Notes: generated by a model not told the origin, from the letters alone. Shown: positions 43,271 through 54,077, counted from the stretch's first letter. The stretch: 64,000 bases of DNA from an uncultured Candidatus Saccharibacteria bacterium (GCA_964538855.1 CAZIEY010000002.1:65709-129708), one strand, 5' to 3'. Program-made: numbers and translations.

Positions 43271-45358
43271 ATGAGCGTCTTTAACCTCAAATCCGAATAC
43301 AAACCCGCCGGCGATCAACCAAAGGCAATCGCGTCGCTTATGGACGGCCTCAAAAAAGGCATGCGTCATCAGACGCTTTTGGGTGTGACTGGGTCTGGTA
43401 AAACGTTTACCGCGGCCAATGTGATTGCGCAGGTAGGCAAGCCGACGCTCGTTATCGCACACAACAAAACGCTCGCCGCGCAATTGACTCAGGAGTACAA
43501 GGAATTTTTTCCTGACAACGCCGTGCATTATTTCGTGTCATATTACGACTACTATCAACCCGAAGCCTACATGCCGGCATCCGACACCTATATCGAAAAA
43601 GAGGCGATGATTAACGAAGAAATCGAGCGACTTCGTCACGCTTCGACGCAGGCACTTTTGTCACGCAAAGACGTGATTATTGTCGCGTCAGTTTCATGTA
43701 TTTATGGTTTGGGTTCGCCGGTTGAATATGAAAAAGTGAACTTCAAAATTTTTAAAGGCCTCAAGATGACGCGCAGTGAGTTTATGCGAAAATTAGTTTC
43801 GATTCATTACGACCGTACTACGGCGGATTTAACTTCGGGCGTATTCCGAGCAATCGGTAACAAAGTTGAATTAATGCCGGTTTCTGAAAAATTTATTCTC
43901 TCGATGGAATTTGATATCGACGGAATTTCTCGCATTCAAAAAATCGACGGCATCACACGCGAAATTATCGAAGAAGATGTCGCGCCATTTTTCCTTTTCC
44001 CAGCAAAACACTTTATCGCCGACAAGGAAAAAACAAAACTCGCGATTGATACAATCGAAGCCGAGCTTAAAGAGCGCCTCGCCGAATTCAAAGAGCAAGG
44101 CAAAATTTTGGAAGCAGAGCGTCTGAAACGCCGCACAAAATACGACATCGCGCTCATTCGCGAAGTCGGCTATTGCAACGGAATCGAAAACTACTCTCGA
44201 CATTTCGATGGTCGCAGCGCAGGCGAACCTTCTGATTCGCTGCTCTCATATTTTCCACACAAACCTGACGGAACGCCGGACTTTTTGACTATTATCGACG
44301 AATCACACGTGACAGTTTCTCAAATTGGAGGAATGTTCGCGGGGGATGCTTCTCGAAAAAAGACACTCGTTGAGCACGGCTTCCGATTGCCGAGCGCCTG
44401 CGACAATCGCCCTCTGAAGTTTGATGAATTCGAAGCTCGTGTTGGGCAAACAATTTACACTTCGGCAACACCCGGCAAATACGAATTGGAACACAGCACC
44501 AATGTGGCGGAACAAATTATTCGTCCAACAGGATTGATTGATCCGGTTATTGATGTAAAACCGATTATCGAGCAAGGAAAATATCCAGGTCAAGTTAAAG
44601 ATTTTATAAAAGAAGCCGAAGCGGCAATTAAAAAAGGTGGGCGTGTCATCGCGACGACCTTGACCAAAAAAATGGCCGAAGATTTGTCTGAATATTTGAA
44701 AGAAAAGGGAATTAAGGCGGCGTATTTGCATAGCGAAATTAAAACCATCGAGCGCATCGAAATCATTACAAATTTCCGCAAGGGCGAGTTTGATATTTTG
44801 GTGGGTGTGAACTTGCTGCGTGAAGGTCTTGATATGCCAGAAGTGACCTTGATTGGCATTTTGGACGCCGACAAAGAAGGATTTTTGCGTTCTGAAAGTT
44901 CTCTTATTCAAACGATTGGTCGCGCTGCGCGTAATGTGGATGGACGCGTGATTTTGTATGCTGACGTGGTGACTGGTTCAATGGAACGTGCAATGAAAGA
45001 AACGTTGCGACGTCGAGCTTTGCAATTGGCGTATAACGAAAAGCATGGCATCACCCCAAAAACAATTATCAAAGCAATCAAAGACATCACCGAGCATATG
45101 AAAACCGAACATGGTCGGGCGGTTGACGCGATGTTGCTTGTCGATAAAAAAATGTTGGAGAAGGACCCAGAAAAATTGATGCGACAAAAAGAAAAGCAGA
45201 TGAATGCGGCTGCGAAAATTTTGGATTTCGAGACGGCGGCCATTTTGCGCGACGAAATCGCTAAATTGGAAGAGCTGATTGATAAAAAGGCGAAGCAAGA
45301 TAAGAAAGATGAAAACGCGCGATTGAAGGCTCAGAAGAAATTCGGGAGGGTGGATTAG
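43271..45358 (+). CDS. uvrB: Excinuclease ABC subunit B
   Basis: GDQP, GVTGSGKT, YYDYYQPEAY, DESH, QTIGRAARN. Confidence 0.97.
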   Translation: MSVFNLKSEYKPAGDQPKAIASLMDGLKKGMRHQTLLGVTGSGKTFTAANVIAQVGKPTLVIAHNKTLAAQLTQEYKEFFPDNAVHYFVSYYDYYQPEAYMPASDTYIEKEAMINEEIERLRHASTQALLSRKDVIIVASVSCIYGLGSPVEYEKVNFKIFKGLKMTRSEFMRKLVSIHYDRTTADLTSGVFRAIGNKVELMPVSEKFILSMEFDIDGISRIQKIDGITREIIEEDVAPFFLFPAKHFIADKEKTKLAIDTIEAELKERLAEFKEQGKILEAERLKRRTKYDIALIREVGYCNGIENYSRHFDGRSAGEPSDSLLSYFPHKPDGTPDFLTIIDESHVTVSQIGGMFAGDASRKKTLVEHGFRLPSACDNRPLKFDEFEARVGQTIYTSATPGKYELEHSTNVAEQIIRPTGLIDPVIDVKPIIEQGKYPGQVKDFIKEAEAAIKKGGRVIATTLTKKMAEDLSEYLKEKGIKAAYLHSEIKTIERIEIITNFRKGEFDILVGVNLLREGLDMPEVTLIGILDADKEGFLRSESSLIQTIGRAARNVDGRVILYADVVTGSMERAMKETLRRRALQLAYNEKHGITPKTIIKAIKDITEHMKTEHGRAVDAMLLVDKKMLEKDPEKLMRQKEKQMNAAAKILDFETAAILRDEIAKLEELIDKKAKQDKKDENARLKAQKKFGRVD

Positions 45359-45442
45359 TGCTTGACGGACTAAAAATACATATGTAACATAGGAATCTGG
45401 TGATCCTTTTTTCATAAACCGAAACTCACATGGAGGTGAACT

Positions 45443-46075
45443 GTGTTTGATCTCATTACTCAACCCGTGATGGTTTTGTGTGGTCGTGCCGCATCAGGCA
45501 AACGAAAGTTTGCAAGACTATGCAAAGATCGTTATCCCAGCATTGAGCACATCGAAGTGGGGCAACTGCTTCGTGATGCGGCTAGGTTCAGTAATTCTGG
45601 TATTGGAACAATCATCGCTGGCTACCAATTACGAGGTGAACACGTTCCGGATAATTTGGTGTTTGAATTTCTTCGAAAACGTATCGAGGATCTGAAGGCA
45701 CCAATTATTTTGGATGGATTTCCTCGTACTATGCCACAGGCAAGAGTCTTCTCTTCATTTAGACAAGCTTGGTACGGAGTCCGGATCGAGCGCGATGAGG
45801 AATTTTGTCGCAACCTGGTTCAGCGTCGTATCGCCGAATATCGGGAGTTAGGTGAGGAACCTCGACCTGATGATACACTCGAAACCTTCGAAAAGCGGGT
45901 TGCGAAGTATCCAAAGGAATTGGCTTCGTTCGAATTCGCAGTCGAATTGTGTGGTTCTGCCGTGTATCATACCCATCCCAATACTCCGGAATTGCAGCCG
46001 GAGGTCGAAGCTGTCATTAAATATCACGCTGGTTTTTTCAAGGGACTCCAGTGTGTTAGTGAGCGAGCTGGGTGA
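45443..46075 (+). CDS. Divergent adenylate kinase-like protein (SD-led unit)
   Basis: GRAASGK P-loop, GQLLR, GEHVPD, LDGFPRT, RPDD; GGAGG SD, GTG start. Confidence 0.75.
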   Translation: MFDLITQPVMVLCGRAASGKRKFARLCKDRYPSIEHIEVGQLLRDAARFSNSGIGTIIAGYQLRGEHVPDNLVFEFLRKRIEDLKAPIILDGFPRTMPQARVFSSFRQAWYGVRIERDEEFCRNLVQRRIAEYRELGEEPRPDDTLETFEKRVAKYPKELASFEFAVELCGSAVYHTHPNTPELQPEVEAVIKYHAGFFKGLQCVSERAG

Positions 46076-46142
46076 GACCAGTTTCGCCCTCCTTGAGCCG
46101 CGTAAGTACATTGGTACGCGCGGTTTTTAAATCTCACATATT

Positions 46143-46171
46143 TTGACACCCCCTCATTTTTCATATACAAT
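46143..46171 (+). promoter_or_regulatory. Sigma-70 promoter of uvrA
   Basis: TTGACA-17 nt-TACAAT. Confidence 0.7.
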
Positions 46172-46274
46172 CACCTCTGTAGCCAGCTTAAAAATCGCTT
46201 ACCCCCTGTACGAAAGGACAGAGGGGACGTTGCTTTATTAACCACAAAAACGCCCGAATCGGCGCTTCAACAAC

Positions 46275-48893
46275 ATGTCAAAACCAATCAATCGCAAAGA
46301 CGAAAAAATCATCGTAAAGGGTGCCCGCACGCACAACCTTAAAAATATCGATGTTGAAATGCCACGCAACAAGTTGGTGGTTTTCACTGGACTTTCTGGT
46401 TCTGGAAAGTCGTCGCTCGCCTTCGATACGATTTTTGCCGAAGGTCAGCGTCGATATGTGGAATCTCTCTCGGCGTATGCTCGTCAATTTTTGAATACGA
46501 TGCAAAAGCCGGACGTGGATGAAATTATTGGGCTTTCGCCAGCGATTTCGATTGATCAAAAATCTCGCTCAAACAATCCGCGTTCAACCGTAGCGACTAT
46601 CACTGAAATTTACGACTACTTGCGTATTTTGTTTGCTCGAGTCGGCCGCCCTCACTGTTTGGAATGTGGTCGCGAAATTAAAAAACTTTCGCACGAAGAA
46701 ATCATGCACACAATTATCGAATTCGTTGAATCGATTGATGTGTCAAAAGATCAGAAAGAAGTGCTCGGCGTGAAATACGACGATTTTAAAGTGCAACTCT
46801 TTGCGCCGGTTGTTGTTGGACGAAAAGGTGAATACTATCAGCTTCTCTACGATATGTTGAACAAGGGCTACACGAAAGCCAAAATCGACGGCCACATTGT
46901 CAGCTTGCGCGATAAAATCGTCTTGAGCAAAAACAAAAAGCATGACATCGACATCATGGTCGAAGAATTTTACATGTCTGAAATTTTGAAAAAGGAAGCG
47001 ACGTTTAAAGAACGCCTTTCCGAAGCAATCGAGCGTTCAATTCAAGAATCAAACGGCCTCATTAAAATCATTACGCCGGTCGAAGAGCGCCTCATGTCGT
47101 CAAAATTCATGTGTCCTTACGACGGATTTTCTTTCCCGGAAATCGAACCGCGTCTTTTCTCCTTTAACTCTCCGCACGGGGCCTGCCCAGAATGTAATGG
47201 TCTCGGGACAAAACACATGTTCGGTGACGAACCTTGCGCTGTATGTGAAGGCCGCCGTTTGCGAGCCGAAGCTTTGCGTGTCTATTTGCCGAACACCGGT
47301 GAGAAAAAGGGCGAGCACACCATCAACATCGATGCGGTTGTAAAATTGTCGGTGAAAAACGCACTCGACTTTTTCGAGGGCTTGAAATTATCCGAAAAAG
47401 ATCGCGAAATTGCCAAAGTCATTTTGAAAGAAATCAGCGAGCGTCTCAAATTCATGAACAATGTTGGTATTGAATATTTGACTCTTGAACGACGGGCGCA
47501 CACTCTGTCTGGTGGGGAAGCACAACGTATTCGTTTGGCGTCGCAACTCGGTTCCGGCCTCGTCGGTGCGACATATGTGTTGGACGAGCCTACAATCGGT
47601 TTGCATTCTCGCGACAACGACCGCTTGATTCAGACTCTTCTTGATTTGCGTGATGCCGGCAACACTATTATCGTAGTCGAACACGACGAGGACACAATTT
47701 ACGCGTCTGACTATTTGGTGGACATTGGTCCGGGTGCGGGGCGACACGGTGGAAACGTAGTGGTGTCTGGCGACATGGACAAATTGCTGACTGCAAAAAC
47801 GAATCCTTCGAAATCGGTTACGCTCGATTATTTGCGAGGCGACAAAGAAATTGAAGTTCCTAAAAAACGTCGCGATGCCGACAAGGGAAAGATTAAAATT
47901 CGCGGAGGTCACGCGTTCAACATCAAAAATTTGAATGCCGACATTCCGCTTGGAAAATTTGTGGCGGTGACTGGTGTGTCTGGTTCTGGAAAATCGACTT
48001 TTGTGTACGAAATTTTGCACAAGAATTTGCAGAATCGTTTTGATCGCCGATATCGTTCTAACGAAGTTGTGAATTGCGCAGAAATCACCGGCACCGAATA
48101 CGTGTCACGTGCGATTTTGATTGACCAATCTCCGATTGGACGAACTCCGCGTTCAAACCCTGCGACGTACACCGGCGCATTCACATTCATCCGCGACATG
48201 TTTGCTGAAACAGAAGAAGCTCGTTTTCGCGGTTGGAAATCAAATCGATTTTCTTTCAACGTCAAAGGTGGTCGCTGCGAGGCGTGCCAAGGTAATGGTT
48301 ACATCGCCGTTGAAATGCACTTTTTGCCGACGGTCTATGTGCCGTGCGACGTCTGCGAGGGTAAGCGCTTTATGAAAGAAACGCTCGAGGTGAAATACAA
48401 AGGTAAAAGCATTTACGAAGTCCTCAATATGACAATCGAGGAGGCTTTGAAATTTTTCGAAGATATTCCTGCGATTTACGATCGATTGAAAACGCTCGAC
48501 GAAGTGGGGCTCGGCTATTTGCAACTCGGACAATCCGCGACAACGTTGTCTGGCGGTGAAGCGCAACGCGTGAAAATTTCTTCTGAATTGTATCGCGCCC
48601 ACATTGCAAAAACGATTTACATTTTGGACGAGCCAACAATCGGTCTCCACTACGAAGACGTTAAAAAATTAATCGAGATTTTGCAAAAACTTGTCGACAC
48701 CGGCAACTCAGTTCTTGTTATCGAACACAACTTGGACATCATTAAAAGTGCTGACTACATCATCGATATCGGCCCAGAGGGAGGTGATAAGGGTGGTACT
48801 GTCGTTGCCCGCGGTACTCCTGAACAAGTCGCTGACGTCCAAGAAAGTTACACTGGGCAGTATTTGAAGAAGGTGTTGAAGAAGAGGAAGTAA
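46275..48893 (+). CDS. uvrA: Excinuclease ABC subunit A
   Basis: [22 protein letters not shown], two LSGGEAQR, zinc fingers. Confidence 0.97.
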   Translation: MSKPINRKDEKIIVKGARTHNLKNIDVEMPRNKLVVFTGLSGSGKSSLAFDTIFAEGQRRYVESLSAYARQFLNTMQKPDVDEIIGLSPAISIDQKSRSNNPRSTVATITEIYDYLRILFARVGRPHCLECGREIKKLSHEEIMHTIIEFVESIDVSKDQKEVLGVKYDDFKVQLFAPVVVGRKGEYYQLLYDMLNKGYTKAKIDGHIVSLRDKIVLSKNKKHDIDIMVEEFYMSEILKKEATFKERLSEAIERSIQESNGLIKIITPVEERLMSSKFMCPYDGFSFPEIEPRLFSFNSPHGACPECNGLGTKHMFGDEPCAVCEGRRLRAEALRVYLPNTGEKKGEHTINIDAVVKLSVKNALDFFEGLKLSEKDREIAKVILKEISERLKFMNNVGIEYLTLERRAHTLSGGEAQRIRLASQLGSGLVGATYVLDEPTIGLHSRDNDRLIQTLLDLRDAGNTIIVVEHDEDTIYASDYLVDIGPGAGRHGGNVVVSGDMDKLLTAKTNPSKSVTLDYLRGDKEIEVPKKRRDADKGKIKIRGGHAFNIKNLNADIPLGKFVAVTGVSGSGKSTFVYEILHKNLQNRFDRRYRSNEVVNCAEITGTEYVSRAILIDQSPIGRTPRSNPATYTGAFTFIRDMFAETEEARFRGWKSNRFSFNVKGGRCEACQGNGYIAVEMHFLPTVYVPCDVCEGKRFMKETLEVKYKGKSIYEVLNMTIEEALKFFEDIPAIYDRLKTLDEVGLGYLQLGQSATTLSGGEAQRVKISSELYRAHIAKTIYILDEPTIGLHYEDVKKLIEILQKLVDTGNSVLVIEHNLDIIKSADYIIDIGPEGGDKGGTVVARGTPEQVADVQESYTGQYLKKVLKKRK

Positions 48894-48972
48894 AAACGAA
48901 AACCGCCGATCTCATCAAGTGAGACCGCGGTGGGTGGAGCATTTTCGACAGGTTGCTCAACCTGGTCCTACT

Positions 48973-49323
48973 TCAGTAGGTGTTGCCGGGAAGGATCATC
49001 GGTTGGCTCTGGTTGGGAAACCATGCCACACTCAGATACTTCGGCGTGAATTCTTCGTTGTCCGCCATGGATCCCGAATCATACGGGATGATCTTCAGGC
49101 CGTTTTGGCTCTTGACCAGGAACCCGGGCGAGCCCGAGAATCCGTCGAAGGACTGATTGTAACGGCCGACGACTTCGACGACCTCCTCGCGACGGGTGTC
49201 ATCGGTTTTCTTCTCCATACGGTCGAGCACCAGTGTGCTCGCAATGACGATCAGACAGATCGTCTTCAGGACGTTCAGCAGGTCTTTCATTGTGCTTATC
49301 TTTGGTGTTGGTTTTTGGGACAC
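48973..49323 (-). CDS. Orphan single-TM protein (SD-led unit)
   Basis: AAGGAGG SD, GTG start, TTGACA upstream, terminator at ~48900-48930. Confidence 0.7.
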   Translation of the reverse strand: MSQKPTPKISTMKDLLNVLKTICLIVIASTLVLDRMEKKTDDTRREEVVEVVGRYNQSFDGFSGSPGFLVKSQNGLKIIPYDSGSMADNEEFTPKYLSVAWFPNQSQPMILPGNTY

Positions 49324-49424
49324 CAGGGCCTCCTTTCAAGGCCACTACCCACTAAATCGTATAATACCACATGTATATACTACTTGTCAAACATCCCAAA
49401 ATCCTGTAATATCAAACCAATCGT

Positions 49425-50660
49425 ATGATTTTCGCCGACCTCAAAAAACTTCATCTGCCAAGCCAGCCCGGCGTCTATTTCTTTCGCAAAGGACGCGAGA
49501 TTTTGTATATCGGCAAGGCGACGTCGCTTTCTGACCGAACCAAAAGTTATTTTTCAAACGACCTCATTGCGACACGCGGACCGCTCATCATCGACATGGT
49601 GACGCAGGCAGACACGGTGACATGGCAGACGACGGACTCGGTGTTGGAGGCGCTCATTTTGGAATCGGCGCTCATCAAAAAACATCAGCCTCGCTACAAC
49701 ATCAAGGAGAAAGATAATAAAAGTTACAACGCTGTCATCATCACCGACGAGGAATTTCCACGCGTGTTTGTGATGCGTAGTCGAGATTTGAAAATGCGAG
49801 AAGCAACTGGCGCGAGTGATTTCAAAATCAAGCGCGAGTTCGGCCCATTTCCAAATGGTACACAACTAAAAGAAGCTCTCAAAATCGTGCGCAAACTTTT
49901 CCCATTTTTCGACAAGTCGGGCACGACGGGGCAATCGACGCTCAATGTTCAACTCGGGTTGATGCCGGACATTCGCACCATCACACGTCGCGAGTATCAA
50001 AAAAATATTCGCAACATCTCGCTCTTTTTTGCAGGCAAGAAAAGCACGCTCGTCGCCGCTCTTAAACGCGACATGAAATCGGCTTCGAAAAAGCGTGATT
50101 TTGAAACGGCGGAACGCATCAAACGCACTATGTTTTCGCTCGAACACATTAACGATGTGTCGCTCATTTCGCGTGACGCGGATTTTGCGCAGGCGACAGG
50201 CGACATATTCCGCATCGAGTCATATGACATCGCGCATCTCGGCGGATCAAACACAGTCGGTGCGATGGTGGTGATGGAAAACGGCGAGCTCAACAAAAAC
50301 GAATATCGTAAATTCATCATTCGTGAAGCCAAAGCCGGCGACGATTACGGAGCGCTTCGCGAAGTGTTGCGCCGCCGCTGTGCCCACGATGATTGGCGAA
50401 TGCCGAATTTGATTGTGATTGACGGAGGTAAAGCTCAAAAAGCCGTCGTCGAAAAAGTTCTGCGCGAATTTTCCGAAAAAGGTTTCGACAAAATCCCTCT
50501 CGTCTCAGTCGTTAAAGACGAATTTCACCGCGCCCGCGAAATTTTGGGCGACACTGCGCTCGTTGAAAAACATAATCTCGACATTTTGAAAGTTAATGCG
50601 GAGACACATAGGTTTGCGATCGGGTTTCATAGAAAACGGAGAAATAATAGCTTAAGATAA
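49425..50660 (+). CDS. uvrC: Excinuclease ABC subunit C (short form)
   Basis: GIY-YIG (PGVYFF...LYIGKA), RIESYDIAH, IVIDGGKAQ, ETHRFAI. Confidence 0.9.
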   Translation: MIFADLKKLHLPSQPGVYFFRKGREILYIGKATSLSDRTKSYFSNDLIATRGPLIIDMVTQADTVTWQTTDSVLEALILESALIKKHQPRYNIKEKDNKSYNAVIITDEEFPRVFVMRSRDLKMREATGASDFKIKREFGPFPNGTQLKEALKIVRKLFPFFDKSGTTGQSTLNVQLGLMPDIRTITRREYQKNIRNISLFFAGKKSTLVAALKRDMKSASKKRDFETAERIKRTMFSLEHINDVSLISRDADFAQATGDIFRIESYDIAHLGGSNTVGAMVVMENGELNKNEYRKFIIREAKAGDDYGALREVLRRRCAHDDWRMPNLIVIDGGKAQKAVVEKVLREFSEKGFDKIPLVSVVKDEFHRAREILGDTALVEKHNLDILKVNAETHRFAIGFHRKRRNNSLR

Positions 50661-50825
50661 CTAATAGAAAGTATTGTTACTGTATACCAATCTAGGTAAT
50701 GGCGACGTAGAGGGTAAATTGCCTATAAAAATTGTAGGTAACTCATCCTCTACGAGGATTACTATCTCATGTCGGGATAGTGAAACTTGGCACGCCACAG
50801 TGGCACGCCAAAAAAGGAGATTAGC

Positions 50826-52160
50826 ATGAAATCGTTATCGCAATTACGTGATAAGGCGCAACTTGCACTTGCAAAACGCGAACTGGTTCAAGTGGCCGAG
50901 AATTTCTCGCCCACAGCAGCTTACGAGCGAGCAATCGCATTATACTATAGCGAAGAGATGGCGCGAAGCTGTCGATTCCTAGCGATCATCTACCGTGACT
51001 ATGGCAAGGATGCTGTTGAGAATTTGATCAGGGATAAGCGCGAGGCAGACCTTGACCGATTTTTCAAGGAACGTGTAGTTCCAGGCATCTCTCTTCTGGA
51101 AACGGTTGGCGGTGGTAAATTGATGATTGTCGATCCTCAAGATTGTGATTTGCCGCTATTGGATTATCTCGAGAGATCGAAGGTTCACTCGTTGGACGTT
51201 GGGATGACGCTCGGAGAATACAGAATTGCTTTCAAGTGGCAGATTAAAAAGGACAGTAAGCACAACGATACGGAATGTCGTCTCGTTGTGATTGGTCCCG
51301 ATGGCAAGAACTTGGAATACACGGACTCCGACAACAAGGTTTATACCGAACAGTCCTTTACTATGATGTGTGGAAAGAGGCATCATCCAGACTCTGTGAA
51401 TCTTCGAAGCGAATTGTATCATGCCATCGAGAGACTCCTGTACGGAAACGTAGAGTGGCCTCACCAATCTGTAATGCTTCTGATTATTGCTGACTTGGAG
51501 AAGCGTGGGTGTAAGATGGCTCCCCGCCTCCAGCAGTACTGCAAAGATCGTGGGTTGGAACTGTGGAAGTTGAATGAGTATGGTCTCGTTGGTCAACTCA
51601 AACAGTTCGCCATGGATCTTCGTGGAAAAGCAGTTGCTGATGGAGTGTGTCCGCAAGGACTCGCATTTCTTGATCTGCAGATCGACCGAGCTATCAGTGA
51701 AGCAACTCTCTATAATGAAGTGTTCGATATGGGCACTTTACTTGTGAGTAAGCTTCATAATGTACATTTTTGGGTCGATTACCACGTAATTCCTGGCCCG
51801 AGGGCTGAAAAGACTTACAATTTTTTGCTCCACACGGATTCAGGAATGGGTGATTGGGTTACATTGCTGGAGAAGAAGGGTTACGGTGGTAGCGTCGTGA
51901 TTGCATTCTTTAATATCCACAGTGGCATGCAAGTTGCTCGGACCGGACAATGCGATGCCCTCCTTCTCCAACAGCACGGAGGTTGTCAAAAAGATGACAT
52001 CCTTGCTGAAGCTCAGAGTTCAATGGAGATAGCACAAGCAGCTCGTGGTAACACCAAAGTCTCGAAACTTCCGAGGTACAAATGGGACTCACACCATAGC
52101 GGTAGTCATCAGACGTGCGGTGGTTTCGATAAATTTCTTGACGAGTACTTTCCTAAATAA
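50826..52160 (+). CDS. Large orphan protein (SD-led unit)
   Basis: AAGGAG SD before ATG 50826; about 444 aa; terminator AAGAGAGC...GCTCTCTTTTTT. Confidence 0.75.
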   Translation: MKSLSQLRDKAQLALAKRELVQVAENFSPTAAYERAIALYYSEEMARSCRFLAIIYRDYGKDAVENLIRDKREADLDRFFKERVVPGISLLETVGGGKLMIVDPQDCDLPLLDYLERSKVHSLDVGMTLGEYRIAFKWQIKKDSKHNDTECRLVVIGPDGKNLEYTDSDNKVYTEQSFTMMCGKRHHPDSVNLRSELYHAIERLLYGNVEWPHQSVMLLIIADLEKRGCKMAPRLQQYCKDRGLELWKLNEYGLVGQLKQFAMDLRGKAVADGVCPQGLAFLDLQIDRAISEATLYNEVFDMGTLLVSKLHNVHFWVDYHVIPGPRAEKTYNFLLHTDSGMGDWVTLLEKKGYGGSVVIAFFNIHSGMQVARTGQCDALLLQQHGGCQKDDILAEAQSSMEIAQAARGNTKVSKLPRYKWDSHHSGSHQTCGGFDKFLDEYFPK

Positions 52161-52282
52161 GAACTGAATTGGTCGTAAAAGAAACTCAAGAGAGCCTGAC
52201 CAGCTCTCTTTTTTAATTTTTTAATTTCTCACCTTGGGTACATAAAAACCTTTTCAAAATTTTCCCATGCTAAAATATCTTC

Positions 52283-53251
52283 ATGATTCGCAAACGCATC
52301 GCCATCGTCCGTGGGGGACCTTCGTCCGAATATGATGTATCGCTCAAATCGGGCAAGCATGTTTTGCATGAATTGTCTGACGATTTTCATGTCGTTGATG
52401 TCGTGATTGACAAAGCCGGCGTCTGGCATATTTCTGGCCTGCCACGCGACCCTCACGAAGCACTCGCGCACGTCGATGTGGTTTTCAATGCGATGCACGG
52501 CGAATACGGCGAGGACGGCAAATTCCAACAGCTCATGGAAAATTTGGGCAAGCCTTACACAGGATCTGGTGCGCTTGGTGCCGCGATGTCGATGAATAAA
52601 GAAAAGGCGAAAGAGCTTTTCAAAAAAGCCGGCCTCAAAACGCCCGTGCATAAAACGCTGTCTCGTCCAGAGAGCGAGGGCGGTCTCGAATTTCAAGCGA
52701 CGCTCGTCTTTCGCAATTTCACGATGCCCGTCATTGTAAAGCCGATTAACAAAGGCTCATCGATTGGCGTTTCGAAAGCTCACACATTCGAAGAATTAAA
52801 AACCGCGATGTCGACCGCGTATTCGTTCAGCGAAAAAATTATTGTCGAAGAATTCATCGACGGCAAAGAGGCAACAGTCGGCGTTCTTGAAAATTTCCGA
52901 GGCGAAAATGTCTATGCATTTATGCCCGTCGAAATTGAAGTTCCAAAACAGAAAAAACTTTTTGATTATGAAGCAAAAACGTCGGATGAAACTCGTAAAA
53001 AAAGCCCCGGCAATTTCACTCGCGAGGAAAGCAAATTGCTCGAAGACGCGGCTCGCACCGCCCACGAAGTGCTCGGCTTGCGCCACTACTCTCGCTCTGA
53101 TTTTATCGTGCACCCACGCCGTGGCGTCTACATTTTAGAAACGAACGCGTTGCCCGATATTTCGCGCGACTCGACATTGCATCATTCGTTGCAGGCGGTG
53201 GGGATGTCGTACAAGGATTTCTTGATTCATGTGATTAATTTACTAAATTAA
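52283..53251 (+). CDS. ddl: D-alanine--D-alanine ligase family protein
   Basis: GGPSSEYDVSL, MHGEYGEDG, VKPINKGSSIG, RSDFI, LETNALP. Confidence 0.88.
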   Translation: MIRKRIAIVRGGPSSEYDVSLKSGKHVLHELSDDFHVVDVVIDKAGVWHISGLPRDPHEALAHVDVVFNAMHGEYGEDGKFQQLMENLGKPYTGSGALGAAMSMNKEKAKELFKKAGLKTPVHKTLSRPESEGGLEFQATLVFRNFTMPVIVKPINKGSSIGVSKAHTFEELKTAMSTAYSFSEKIIVEEFIDGKEATVGVLENFRGENVYAFMPVEIEVPKQKKLFDYEAKTSDETRKKSPGNFTREESKLLEDAARTAHEVLGLRHYSRSDFIVHPRRGVYILETNALPDISRDSTLHHSLQAVGMSYKDFLIHVINLLN

Positions 53252-53316
53252 AACCCACCAACTTGTCATTGGTGGGCACAGCGGACCTGCTCCACTGTGT
53301 AAGAAGAAGTGCCGGC

Positions 53317-53388
53317 TTATTGGCCGGTCAATATCGCTTCTTCTTCGTCCTGAGATCCTTCGTAATCTTCATCCCATTGGTGCTTCAT
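53317..53388 (-). CDS. 23-aa acidic small protein (SD-led unit)
   Basis: TTGACA/TATTAT promoter, AAAGGAG SD, MKHQWDEDYEGSQDEEEAILTGQ, terminator CCCACCAA...TTGGTGGG-TTTT. Confidence 0.55.
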   Translation of the reverse strand: MKHQWDEDYEGSQDEEEAILTGQ

Positions 53389-53504
53389 GATAATCTGACT
53401 CCTTTCTAGGGAATCACCACAACAATGCAGTGAATTCACCTATATATTATAATAAGTATATAACTCAATTTGTCAATACCTATTGGTAATGCGGATTTAT
53501 TGTT

Positions 53505-53663
53505 ATGAAAATCATTGTAAACAACATCGCCACCGAATACACGGATGAGGGCTCTGGCCCAGTCATTTTGTGTTTACATGGATGGAAGGACAGTTTGCGA
53601 ACATTTGATGCGCTCGAGCCTGAATTAGTGAAAAAAAATGTAGAAAACTCCGCTCGTATGTAG
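53505..53663 (+). pseudogene. Truncated duplicate of the alpha/beta hydrolase 5' end
   Basis: 53505-53620 identical to 54135-54250; frame continues ELVKKNVENSARM to a stop. Confidence 0.85.
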
Positions 53664-53673
53664 GCGGAGTTTT
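53644..53673. terminator. Bidirectional terminator-like hairpin
   Basis: AAAACTCCGC...GCGGAGTTTTT. Confidence 0.7.
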
Positions 53674-53702
53674 TGAGGGCTGAAACCTCGCGTTGATGTT
53701 TG

Positions 53703-53996
53703 TCAGACCGGATCCCATGGTGCCGATTTGTTGTTCGGACGGTTCTTTGCTGGGCTGATCACCATGATGAGTCCAACAATGAGGGCGTATGCCGCTAGAC
53801 AATTTGAAAGGCCATGAGCGACAACGTGCAGAAAGGTCTCATCTCCATGCACGAGCCCATCCTCGATCCGTATTTGCTCTGCGTGCACGGTCTCGACGAT
53901 GGTTGTTGCCTCGGCGCGGGTTTTTTGGTTGATGACCAAAAACCAGATTGTATAGTACATCAAGATAACTATAATCAATTTCTCTGAGGTATGCAT
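53703..53996 (-). CDS. Orphan two-TM protein (SD-led unit)
   Basis: GAGGAG SD; two hydrophobic segments. Confidence 0.7.
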   Translation of the reverse strand: MHTSEKLIIVILMYYTIWFLVINQKTRAEATTIVETVHAEQIRIEDGLVHGDETFLHVVAHGLSNCLAAYALIVGLIMVISPAKNRPNNKSAPWDPV

Positions 53997-54048
53997 GACT
54001 TCTCCTCACATGTGCCTGCTTAGAAAATCCAGCTATCAGCACATTATT

Positions 54049-54077
54049 AGTATAGCATACATGTAGTATAAAGTCAA
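54049..54077 (-). promoter_or_regulatory. Sigma-70 promoter of orphan unit
   Basis: TTGACT-17 nt-TATACT with TG extension. Confidence 0.75.

Noticed and set aside
50745-50790. Hammerhead ribozyme (stem followed by GAAAC)
   Set aside because: The CUGANGA core is absent.
50787-50810. Sigma-54 promoter (TGGCACG)
   Set aside because: No TTGC at the -12 position.
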